Positions 14,901-26,900 of a stretch of 64,000 nucleotides of DNA are shown one piece after another. The notes beneath the pieces are model-generated. The model worked only from the letters and a program-made list of their open reading frames with translations. It was not told the origin of the DNA and ran no database searches. A program made the translations under genes and the position numbers. This DNA is from Balanoglossus misakiensis (taxonomy: Eukaryota > Animalia > Hemichordata): contig CM082583.2 in the NCBI GenBank assembly GCA_040954595.2, positions 9,596,254 through 9,660,253 on the forward strand, read 5' to 3'. Every line of letters starts with the position of its first letter. The stretch's first letter is position 1.

Positions 14901-17900
14901 GTGCCATGAATTTTTATCCCACTTGATTGGTGAATAAAATATCTTCTTGAAGTTTGACCACAATTACCAATAATCTTTCTTTGCAGACATCTTGATTCTA
15001 CCAGACCCAGCCACCACACTGTTCCCTTCGTCCCTCACCACTCATCGCTTCGAGATCCCAATCCGTGACAACGCTTTCCTACAGGTCGGAGCATCCTTCC
15101 AGATTCAGGTGGAAAGCGTCACTTTGCAAGGGGTGGAAACCATAGTGCCGACGCTAAGCCCCAGGCTCGGAGACAAGACATTGGTGACACTGGTCGTGAG
15201 CAGCGAGCTGGCCAATGGTGAGATTGGTTTCAATGAAGCAGATCTTGAACGGACGGTGGAGGAGCCAGATGGCGACATACCACTAGCGGTAAGCCATAAT
15301 ATAACCTCTTCTTACGTAGGAAAACCTGTCTAAACTAGACACCAGAGTTGCAGATTGTATTTTCAGTTTATTATTTAAGACTCTAATATTATGATATTTA
15401 TGAATGAACCAATGCTCTTTGTTTTCACAGCTGACATTTCCATTAACCCGAGAAGGTACATCTGGTGAGGCTACTGTTTATTGGCAGGCTCACGGGATTG
15501 GTCAGTTTGGAGAGTACTTCACATCGGATGATGTCAGACCACCAAATGGCAGTGTCTACTTCCCTACAGGTCAGCATCATTTACAGTCTATCAAATATTT
15601 ATGCACTTAGTGCTGTATCTATGTTTACAATCAAAAGTATAAAATGTTTTCCTTGTGTTACTTGTTTCTGTCTCTTTTGCAGGCATTGCTGGTACATCTC
15701 TGACTATTCTCATCATGCCAGACGACATCCCGGAGACCGCTGAATCATTCCTGGTGTCTCTGATCAGTGTTGAGCCAACGAGCCAACGGTTAAGGTTTGG
15801 ATTTGATGCAGCACAGATTACCATCCAAGAAAATGATAACCCCGGAGGCACGTTTGAAATTTCTCCCACGACCCCTGGACCATTCACAGTGGAGGAAGGT
15901 GGGCAGGCCATACAGATAAGCGTTGTCAGAAGTGGTGGTAATCTCGTCGCGAGGAGCATCCTGTATTCCGTGGAAAATGCGAACGAAGAGTTCCTTGGAG
16001 TTCCCGAAGTTCTCGTGTTTGACATCGGCGACAGTATCAAGAACATCTCCCTGCTGGCGAATCCGGATGGAATCCCCGAACTAGACGAGACGTTCCAGTT
16101 GAGAATAGCCAGCTACGGCACGCCTGCCAGTGAAGTGGGCGGACTCAACAGTGTTTCCATATTCGTTCTGGAGAATGATGACCCGTATGGCGTATTCCAG
16201 TTTGCCGAAAACCCGATGAATCGTAACCTGGACGAGAGTAAAGACAACACCGTGCAGACGTCAGTGTTTCCGGTGATGCGAGCCAAGGGCACGTTTTATG
16301 AAGCCAACGTGTCGTGGGAACTGACTCCCGCTGGTAGCAGTTTTGATGTCTCGCCTACATCAGGGGTACTGAACTTTGCTGATGGTCAAGATATGGCATT
16401 CATTGAGCTTACAGCAGTGGATGATGAGGTGTGTTTTTTTTCTTGTTAAATTTGCATCTGAATAAATCTCATCATTTCTTAGTACCTGGACAGGATTTGG
16501 GGATTATAGCAGTTGATAACTTAGAGCATATGTGATATATTTTGTCAATTCCAGATTCCAGAAGACCCTGAGACATTCACTATCACACTGAGCAATGCAA
16601 CGAACGGTGCCAGGCTTGGACACCCAATCATTGGTACACTCAGCATCAACAACAACGACGATCCCATATTCTTTGAAGGTAGGTGCTCTTACCACAGATG
16701 TACCTAGTAATAAAAGTAAGAACTGAATTATTGTGATGGGGCTGTCATAGTTGATGGTATGACAAACTAGAAATATGCATTTTGGAAAATTGCTGGTCAT
16801 TCTGGTATGTCCATCAACCACAGATAGAGTTACACAGGAATGTGAATCCAGGTCTAAGGTGATTGGAATTAACAATATTTTTGCCACAAAGCAAGGTAAT
16901 TAAGATTTTAGGGTTTAAGTCAGTAAAATTTACACAAGCTTCCTTACTTCTTGTATCCACAGAGCCCTTCAACATCACTGTACAAGAACCTGGAGAAGCA
17001 TCCTTCACTGTCAGACGCAATGGAAGTGCTGCATCGTACGCTACGGTGAGATACAAAACTGTGTCGAAGACGGCCCAGGGTGGACAGGACTATCCCAACA
17101 CCAACGGTTTCCTGGAATTCCCGATTGGTGTGACCGTCCGGACATTCCAGATTGGAATCTATGAAGATGATATTCCGGAAACTGATGAAGAGTTTACTGT
17201 GGAATTGTATGATCCAGTCGGTAAGGAGCACTTAACTGATATTGTCAAAATAGCGGTGAAGAATAAGATTGTCTTTGACTAGTCCAGCAGCAGTGGCCCT
17301 GTTTACAATAGAATGAGTGGAAATACTTTTATGCTGAGAACTACTTGATAATCCTGTTGCTAATAACCTCTTGCTTTAACTTCTAATTCCTCCGAACATT
17401 CCCAACCCAGGCTACAATGACTTCAAATAACTGTTCCAATAACCATACTTGAAACTAACTATCAAATAACTTTCTGTTTCTCCCTCTCTGTTACGTGATC
17501 ATTTGAAATGTAATCACTTTTGAAATATAGGATATTATGACAGGACCAGTAAGTATATACGGTAGCATAATTGGAAAATTGGCACTCCCTGTACACATGA
17601 GTATTCCATGTAACTTTGCATGTTTACATTTAGATTGGTGAGAAGTAAAAACTAGTCGGTGGGACACGGTGTCTTGTAGTGCTAGTTTTTACAGATTTAT
17701 GACATCAAAATTATGTTGATGAGTCTGTCAGCCAGTCAACAGTATTCTCTTACTTTCGGTTAGGTTTAGCTTTTATATCCCCTTACCTGTCTATAGTTCT
17801 AGTACGACACTCTGGCTCCTCCATTGCATGTACCGTAATGCTCTCTTTCCTTCTCCTAGTCTTTATCAGTATTATTTTATCATGGCGATTCATGTATCTG

Positions 17901-20900
17901 GGTCATAATTCACAAGGCAGGCATGCACCAGGTGTACCGGTAATATCCGTATCACTTGTTTTAAGAGTGTAGATGTATTTTCATGAAATGATTATTGCAG
18001 GGGGTATACATACCGGGTATATGTTGCAGAGGAGAGAGTGATAGCCATGGTATTTCTTGTTTCAGGGGATATTGTTGTGTATGGTGCACCCATAGCAACG
18101 GTCACCATAGCAGCCAATGATGACACCAATGGTATCTTCAGTTTTGAAGGTCCCACCCTGCTGTCTGCACCCACTGAAGGCATCTCCGTAGATTTCATGT
18201 GAGTATTGGTTGTGTAGAACTATGATAATCAATCACAACTTTCCTCTGAAAAAAAATTAAAAGTTCCAAATACATATACATGTTATTACAGGTATATTCT
18301 AATGGTCTATTCTGTATTCTCTTGTACCTCTTATTATGTTGTATCACTGAAGGATTAAACGTGACAGAGGAGCATTTGGAGTTGTACGCATCTATTGGCA
18401 GATCTATTACAATGGCACGGATGTTCCCTTACTGGATGGCCAGGAATTCCAGACCACCTCTGGATTTGTGGAATTTGCCAACTTGCAGACCAGGAAAGCT
18501 CTGACACTGGAAGTGTTGGCAGACAACGTACCAGAACATGCTGAAGTGTACGCTATCAAAATGATCAATGCTACTGGTAGGTTGAAAGGATGGCAATTTT
18601 CCATTTTAATCGAAAGCCATAATTCAAAATCACAGTTATGTAGTACTAGTTTATGGTGTATAAAGGTTAAAGATTTAAAGTGGAACGTTGTGATCCGTTT
18701 TTGAGCCAATTCGGCGAAATGCGATTAAAAAGTACTATGAAAAACGTTGGTTTCATTCACTTTCACTTACGCATAACAGAGCTACAGCCAGCCAAAAACT
18801 GCGCGAACCCGGAAGTGAGTGACGTCAGCAACTGTTGTCCGCTGCCGACGCGTTTGAGCGAGCCTATGCTTATACACGCCTGCACTCACGCGACCGACGA
18901 CGTTAGCATGGCAACATATTCTCGGGTAGTAGGCTACAATTTTGAACCAGAGATTCCCTTCTACGACCAAGCGACTGAATTTTACAGAGGACAAAAGTTC
19001 ATGCAGTTCTGATCTCCGATGTGTCCCGTTTGTTAAGGCTTACACTTGGTGTGGTTTCAGTGAAACCATAGACACTCCATGGGTGAAACTCCCTTGTTGT
19101 CTCTCCCTCGTTGTCACCTTTTCGAACCACTTTTCTTACAAAAATACTTTGTCACCTTTTATGGAGTTGAAGAGAACGAAGGTGCATCGTCCTGCTCTCC
19201 AGGTGTAGTACGTCCGTAGTATAATGGAAGCCAATACCATAGTTATTCTATGCATGTTTCGTCTCTTGAAATGTATTAAAACTGCCCTTTTTAGTTGCTT
19301 TCATTTGATAACTATGCGATCGTCAATAAATGGAAATTAAACCCAAATACGTGTACCAAAAAACGTGCAGGAAGGATTTAAAACGGTACGTTTATTATTA
19401 TCAGCGGCAGTTAGAACAACTTTGTATAGGCCTTACGGTTTGTTCATAAACGTCGACATGCATGGCATCTTGGACATTGCAGGGTCTATGTCTGCACGCA
19501 TCGACAAATACAATACACGTAGAGCATTGCCTTTGAAAGAAACTTATCCCCGTCGATTTTCCGAATATGTTTTTAAAGTCATGAACTTGACATTTCGCCA
19601 TGTCAGATCCGCGCAAAATGTGTCTGTTTATTGGAAATGACACGTCGAACGTGTAAGAGCCCTGCGCGTCGACTGCAACGCAAGTTGCTGACGTCACAGT
19701 AGTATTTTCAACTCGCGTCTTCTGCTTGCGCAGGAAATGAAAGTGAATTAACCCATCGGAACGTTGCCGTTTTTGACACCCGGTTTGGACTTTGAAGCCC
19801 AAAATTGTGGGTGTCGTTCCTCTTTAAGTTTATTGTGACCATAATGTTCAATCAATATTTGTTCACCTGTTTTCAGGAGGAGGGCCCCCTGGTCCGGGAG
19901 GTGAACTCTCCACCACAGGTGACTTGGAGGTTACGTTGATCATTGAAGAGAATGACGATCCCAATGGTGTCTTTGTCTTCCCGTCTGGTTCCAAAGAGAG
20001 GGATGTAGCTGAGGATTACAATCCTGGTGATGAGGCATCGACCTACACCAGTTTTGTTCTGAACAGAGAACAGGGCACCAGTGGAACTGTCGAGGTAATA
20101 ATATACAGAATCCAGAATTAGAATATATGTGAATGTTTCATAATATTACATATATCATTTTATATGTCACGATATTTATGGTGGACGTTGATGTTATTTT
20201 CAGGTTGTCTGGGAACTGTTTAGTGATGCCACATCAGGACTCATGCCTAGCCTTAAGGATTTACTCTTCCTGGGTTCCTATGATGCAGACTCTGGTGTTG
20301 AGGAAGTCCCTGACATGAGACGCCCTCACACTGGTACCAAAGTCCTGTCATTCAACGGATCTATAGGTACAGTGGATCAAACTTGATTGTCTATCAAAAG
20401 TATGGAAATTTACGTGGTAGAGTTTTCTCTGAGTTTTCTTGTGTAAAAATTGTTTGTAAGGGACGTGTTAATTCTCATTTTCCTTGAACCTTTGTTGTTG
20501 ACAGATGCATACGTGACAGTGGATCCTGAGTATCATCCAGACCCGGCACAGATCAGGACCGGATTTGCAATGAGTGCCTGGGTACGACCAGCTGTAGACT
20601 GCAATGGATTCATCATTGCCAAGACGACAGATGATGCCACCAAAACCTACTACGGACTGAAACTGACAACAAGTCCCACCACAACCATTGAATTCCAGTA
20701 TGGAACAGATTTGTCAGCAGTAAGCATCAAATTACATTGAGACAATAGGCTAGCACTTTTTAAGGGTAGCAGATTACAATGGAGATCAACTGCATAACAG
20801 TACAACGACAAATAGTGCTGATTATTTCTGACATCACATCTCATATAGATGCAGAGGAACATGCCTGAAAGTTTGACTGTTATTTCAAGATTTTCTGACT

Positions 20901-23900
20901 GGTCCTTTTTTTCTCTTTCAGTCCAACCATGTTGTGTCCATCAGCATTCCCAATTCCAACATCTCTGACGGCACTTGGCATCTTATTTTGCTCAATATCA
21001 ACACAGCCATGGCAGATGTCTATATTGATGGTCAGTTCGTAGCTACAATGTAAGTATAAAGACTCTTCAGTGGTTTGTGTCAAATAATGACTGATGATGA
21101 GTTAGTGCTGAACTCAGTCCCTCCACCAACTACACTGTAAGTGTTATTTTACCACCTGTTTTACGTGATTCTCAGGTATCTGGCTGCACAGCAAACTACG
21201 GACGGTCCGGGACAACTTTGGGTAGGTTCACATCCACTTGGCATGAACCAGTACACAGGGTTGCTTCAAGATGTCCGGGTGTACAGCAGAAAATTGGAAC
21301 TCAAGTAAGTTTCTGGCTTGTTTTGTGAAGATTTGTTTTTGCTGTTCATTTTCTGCACTGCTTATAAGCTTACTTATGTCTCAGGTAATCATCACACAAT
21401 TTCTATTATCACAGTGAAATATCCGAATTGTGGGAAACGCCAGCCAAAGATGACGTGTCCCCAATCTCAGGATACCTGGTCTACCCTCCTGGCGTCAGAG
21501 AAGAGAACATCCAAATCCATTCCATTCAAGACACAGAAGAGGAAGGCAACGAAGTCTTTACTTTGAATTTACTCTCTGTCAAGGGCGGTGTGAGGAAATC
21601 TACTGATGACTCCACTGGGTTGTTGACAGGTCAGTTCAAATATTTATTTGCCACGGACTGCTCCATTTTGAGTAGAATTTCTGTTGACTCTGAAGTATGA
21701 GTTACATGTAGCTGCAAGTTTCAGTGGGAAATCAAGAGAACTGGATGCCTGTAAAATGTATTGACAATCATCATTTATCTTTTATATTTCAGTTTTGAAG
21801 AGCGATAATGCCAATGGTCTGTTCAGGTTTGATGGGCCTTGCACTGCTGTACAACTGTCTCCTGATTCCAGCGAAGAGATGCAGTTCACCTGCAACATCA
21901 TCCGTAACCGTGGTGATGAAGGGACGGTCACCATTCCCTGGGAGGTGCATCAGTTGTCGGATGGGTATCCCTTAGCAACAGAGGATTTTGTGAGCGTGTC
22001 AGGAACTGTGGAATTTCCCAATGGTGTTCGAGAAGGGGTACGTATACTGTCCTGTAGTTTTATTCTTTTCTGATTAAAGCTGCATGGTATTAGGAACTTG
22101 AGTGTTGTGTTGGAGACCAAATTTATTTGATGAGGCTGCCATTGTTTTTGCAGGTGATCACTGTGGTTGCAAATGAAGACATGACGCCCGAGTTTGAGGA
22201 AGAGTTTGAAGTGGTCCTCGTTAGTCGCCATCCGATGTCTGATGACGGAATAACGGGAACCACCAACGCGAGTGGTGCCAGCATTGATCCTGATGCCAGC
22301 GCCAACAGGATTTTGATCGGCGAGAACGACTATCCGCACGGAATCTTGCAGTTCTCCGGCGGCCCACCGCCGACACCGGAGGATCCTCTGATCCTTCCGG
22401 CCACTGAGGTTGTCCGAGTGAGAGTGGCTGAGACTGTTGGCGTGGTGTCGCTGCTTGTGGTCCGAGCACAGGGTCTGGCGGGAACGGTCAGTGTGGAGTG
22501 GAGGACGTTTGACCGAACTGCGGTGTCTGCTGGTAAAAGCCCTGTGGACTTTGTGGTAAGTGGTTTTCTTCACTATATATAGTCAGAGTCTATAATGACT
22601 GGATTCATAGGTTGACAGACTTCTCCCAGTTTATGAAATGGCAGTTCAGAACCTAAATCATTCATTGGGTCATACTGAAATTTTGTACCAGGAGAAAAAT
22701 TGAAACAGTTGCTGTTTTCCATGCTGAACATTTTTTACACAAAATTTACATCATAGAACTTTCATTTTCAACTTGTCTTCACATCATATTTGGATTTTTT
22801 TCAGAGTGATGGAGGAGTCTTGACATTTACAGATCAACAGAGATATGCATACATTGATATCACTATCATCGATAATAACGTTCCTGAACTTGATAAGATG
22901 TTTGAGGTTCAGCTATCAAATCCTGAGGGGGGAGGTAAGGTCATTGAGGTCTAACCATAACCTTTGTCACATCATGTTCAACAGGAATGTATTGTATGAG
23001 TGTGATAATTGTCTTTTTTCATCAAAGGTTTAGATATCAATATCAGTACACCATTGTCAAGTTATTGTAAAGTGCCTTGCAATACTCTTAACTTCCTCAG
23101 CTTTTGTGATCTAGTAGTTCAATATGTAACATTTAATCTGATACATTATTTTACGTATTTAAAATCATTCACTGTAATGCTATATGTAAAACACATTGTT
23201 CGTTAATGTATTACTTCTTTCCTACACTGCATTTCATTCACATCTTGACTACATCATTTTGGATTCTGTATATTCTTCATACTGTAGATGATGGTGAGTT
23301 ATGTGTAGTTACCCCAGCAACCGATACCATGCCAACCATCCCCACAGTTTCTTTCTGCGGTTAGTTAATGCTTGAAAGCAGTGATGTGTGCAGTTTATAC
23401 TTGGCAAATGTCACGGCTTTGCTATGCTATTTTCCCTGTTCCACTGTTCCTGTAGCTGTAGAATGTCTGATGTCGTGGTGGATGGTTTCTTGGGTCTCAA
23501 ACCCCACATCTCAACCCTTCCCCTCCCCCATTATAGTCCATTTTCCCCCACAAGCTCCTGTGAATGTCTGCTGTGCATGGCTTTCCTGATTAGGGGTGGA
23601 ACTGTATTACAAGTGAAAGATTCTTGTACACTATATACCGGGGGCACATCATGTATGGGTCTGTCACTGTTTTATATAGTCTTTCTGTCTTGTTCCCCCT
23701 CACTATTGACAAATGTCACTTCTTTCTTCACCTGACATGAGCACGAAACACACAGATGGAAACTTTATTCACTTGTAAAGTAAAGATGCACTTTCAGCTT
23801 TTAAACTTATAATATTTAAACATTTCTTTAATGAAATAGTATTTTATTACCGTGTAATTAGCTTCTGCATGATATAATGTAAACCCATCTCGCCTCTTTG

Positions 23901-26900
23901 ACCATGTATGTCAACTCTCATTTGTGCTTTATAAAATAAGGTCAACCACTTGTAATTTGCTTTTCCAAAAAAATTGAAGTTTGGTAGCTAATATTATATA
24001 AAATACAGAGGAGTGACAATCCTTTGACCTAGAAGTAACACAATACTAAGATTGCCAGCTCGCTTACTACATATCACCTTGACTTCACAGCATCCACTGG
24101 TATCGGTTCCACAGTGCAAGTGACAATAGAGAGTTCTGACAATGCCTATGGTGTGTTCCAGTTCTCGGATTCTTCGCTGTCCGTCATCGTCGATGAGGAA
24201 AGCAGCGGTCTTGGCACAGCAGTGCTGGAGGTACAATAAGTAATAGATTAAATTTTGTCTGTATTTGGAGAGATGTACAACTGAGTTTTGAAAACCACTT
24301 TTCTGTTGAGTTTACTGTGATTCTTTAGTCACTTACAAAACTTTAGAATTTTAAGCCTTAGTATTTCTATGTAATGTGGGTCCATCCATGCCATTGAAAA
24401 GAATCTTGCGGTCACCATATGATACAATAATGTGTCTTAATAACCAAAACTCTTGAATACTTGATGAAAAATCAATAATCTCTTCTTTTTTATTCCCTTT
24501 TCACTAACAAGGTAATCCGTGCTGGCGGAGCACTGGGTGAAGCCACAGTTGACTGGACAGTTGACAGATATCCACCAAACCCTGAAGTCAATGTGACCGA
24601 TGACTTATTGCATGACAATGGACAAGTCACCTTTGCAGTCAATCAGTACAGTGCTAATATTGAGATACAGATCATCTCAGACAGTGTAAGTTTTTAAAAT
24701 CTTCCATGGAGGATGAATGGCTACAGAATGGTTTCTGATCGGATTTTGCATTCATTTTTCTGGATGTACCAAATTTCACACACAAAATATGATTTTCCCC
24801 CTTTTATGATCATATCAAATCATCCACATAATATTTCAATCAAGTCTTACACACATGAGCTTTTACACCCATTATACAATTCCAGATCCCTGAGCTGGAT
24901 GAGGCATTCACTGTGGAGTTGAGCGATCCGTCCAATGGCAGACTGGGAGAGGCATCCAACCTAGTTGCTATGGTGACAGTAGCTGGCAATGATGATCCCT
25001 ATGGTTCGTTTGTTTTCTCACCGTTGTCTCAACCTGTCATCACTGAGGAAGGAAACAAGAATGTCAGTCTAAAGGTAAATGTGGCACACAATGTGAATGA
25101 TTTAATGTTAAAAAGCAAGTAAGAGTTCTCTGACATTTAACATTGGTTCTGATGATTCCTATTATATATATTCCTATAATTAATGCCATCATCTTCTCAT
25201 CCTGTTTCTTAGATTATTCGGGAATATGGTAAAGTCGGAGAAGTCAAGGTGGACTACGCCACATTGAACTATGATGAAACTCTTTCAAATCTGCCCACCT
25301 ATACACGGTATGTGTTCTATTTTATACTTCTGTTGAAATATTTAATCTTACCTTCGAAAGGGGATAAAGTGCTCATGAGAAGTGAGTGGTATATGATTAC
25401 TGTACAATGAAACACAGACTTTCTGAGGCAGTTAACTCTTTACACAAAGACATGTACATGGAGTAGCACTTTTTGATAATTTTCATGTGTAACTGTTTCA
25501 GTACAATATTTTATTTTTTAAATTTCAGCCGAGCAAGAGAATATGAGGACTTCATTCCACTCCAGAGTTCAGTGACCTTTCAGGATGGGCAGACTGAGGC
25601 CAACATCCAGCTTGATCTGTTGGATGATAGTATACCTGAAATGTCTGAGAGTGTCTTCATCTACATCACTGATGTGACTCTGATCAGTAACCCGCAGGCA
25701 AGACCTGGTGGGTAGAACTCATTCTCTGTTATACATTAACTAAGTTATTCTGGTATATTGAAATTTCAATGACACAATTTTTGTCTTCCCTTTCCTATAT
25801 TCCTGGTGCAGTTGAAGACTCGCCACGGATTGGCTTAGACAACATTGCCCAGGTGGCAATAATAGCCAATGACAATGCTAATGGAGTTCTGCAGTTATCA
25901 AACACCGAGATTTCAGTTAGCGAAGGCCACAGCGGTCCTTTCATTAATGTGACCAGAACAGCTGGTTCCTTTGGAGAGGTAAATCATGTATTTTAATCTT
26001 GTGAGCTTGAATACCATTTGGACTACAATATCATATGATAGTTTTGGTTCAGTAATGGTGCTGCATTTAAAACTCTTCAAAATGGCACGTAATTGTTTTT
26101 TCAACCAATCAAAAGAATTCTTGTGTGTACTCCCATTGAAAACTGACCAATCACCTCACTTAACAGGTCACAGTGAGGTTCCAAGTGGTTCCCATGACAG
26201 CCCAAGCCGGCAGTGATTACAGTGTCTCTTCTTCCGACGTCATATTGCTGAGTGGCGAAACTTACAAAGCTATACCAGTGGAAATCTCCAATGATGGCGT
26301 CCCGGAGATGGAGGAGACTTTTGAAATCCGACTTCTTGATCAGATCACTGGGGGCGCTGTCTTAGGATCACCAACCACAGCCATCATCACTATCTTGCCT
26401 TCCGATGATCCAAATGGAAGATTCGGTAATATTCAGTGCTATATATTAGGAATTGTATTCTAACTTGTAACGTTTTTGCTAGAGGATATTATGGCCGGAT
26501 GAAAAGGGGAGATTTGCACATCTGATTGGAGAGTGCCTACTCTCCTAACAAACAACAATTGTTGGAGCTTGGAGTTAGTTTGAGATTGTGTGGAAATGTT
26601 TTGTGTACTCGATGTAATGCATACTCACACCATGATCTCACCTGTATGTTCTGTATCACACTCTAGACTTTGCGATAACCAGCATTCTGGTGGAAGAACC
26701 TAGGGCAGGTGACAGTCGAATAGTGAACATTACCGTGGTCCGAGCTGGAGGCACTGCTGGTGTGGTGGCAGTGCAGTGGGATGCGACACTCAACGGTAAA
26801 TCAACTTGTGATATTCTCAACTTGGAAACAGATGTTACCAGTAGTTGTTTGTCATGATTCTATTGCAGTGCCTAGCTGCTTCATGAAAGTTCAATCTGAT

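Noticed and set aside
19080-19200. Possible THAP-domain remnant on the minus strand of the Kolobok-like element
   Set aside because: Only a vague D...KW...V..R resemblance, with a stop codon and no C2CH ligands.
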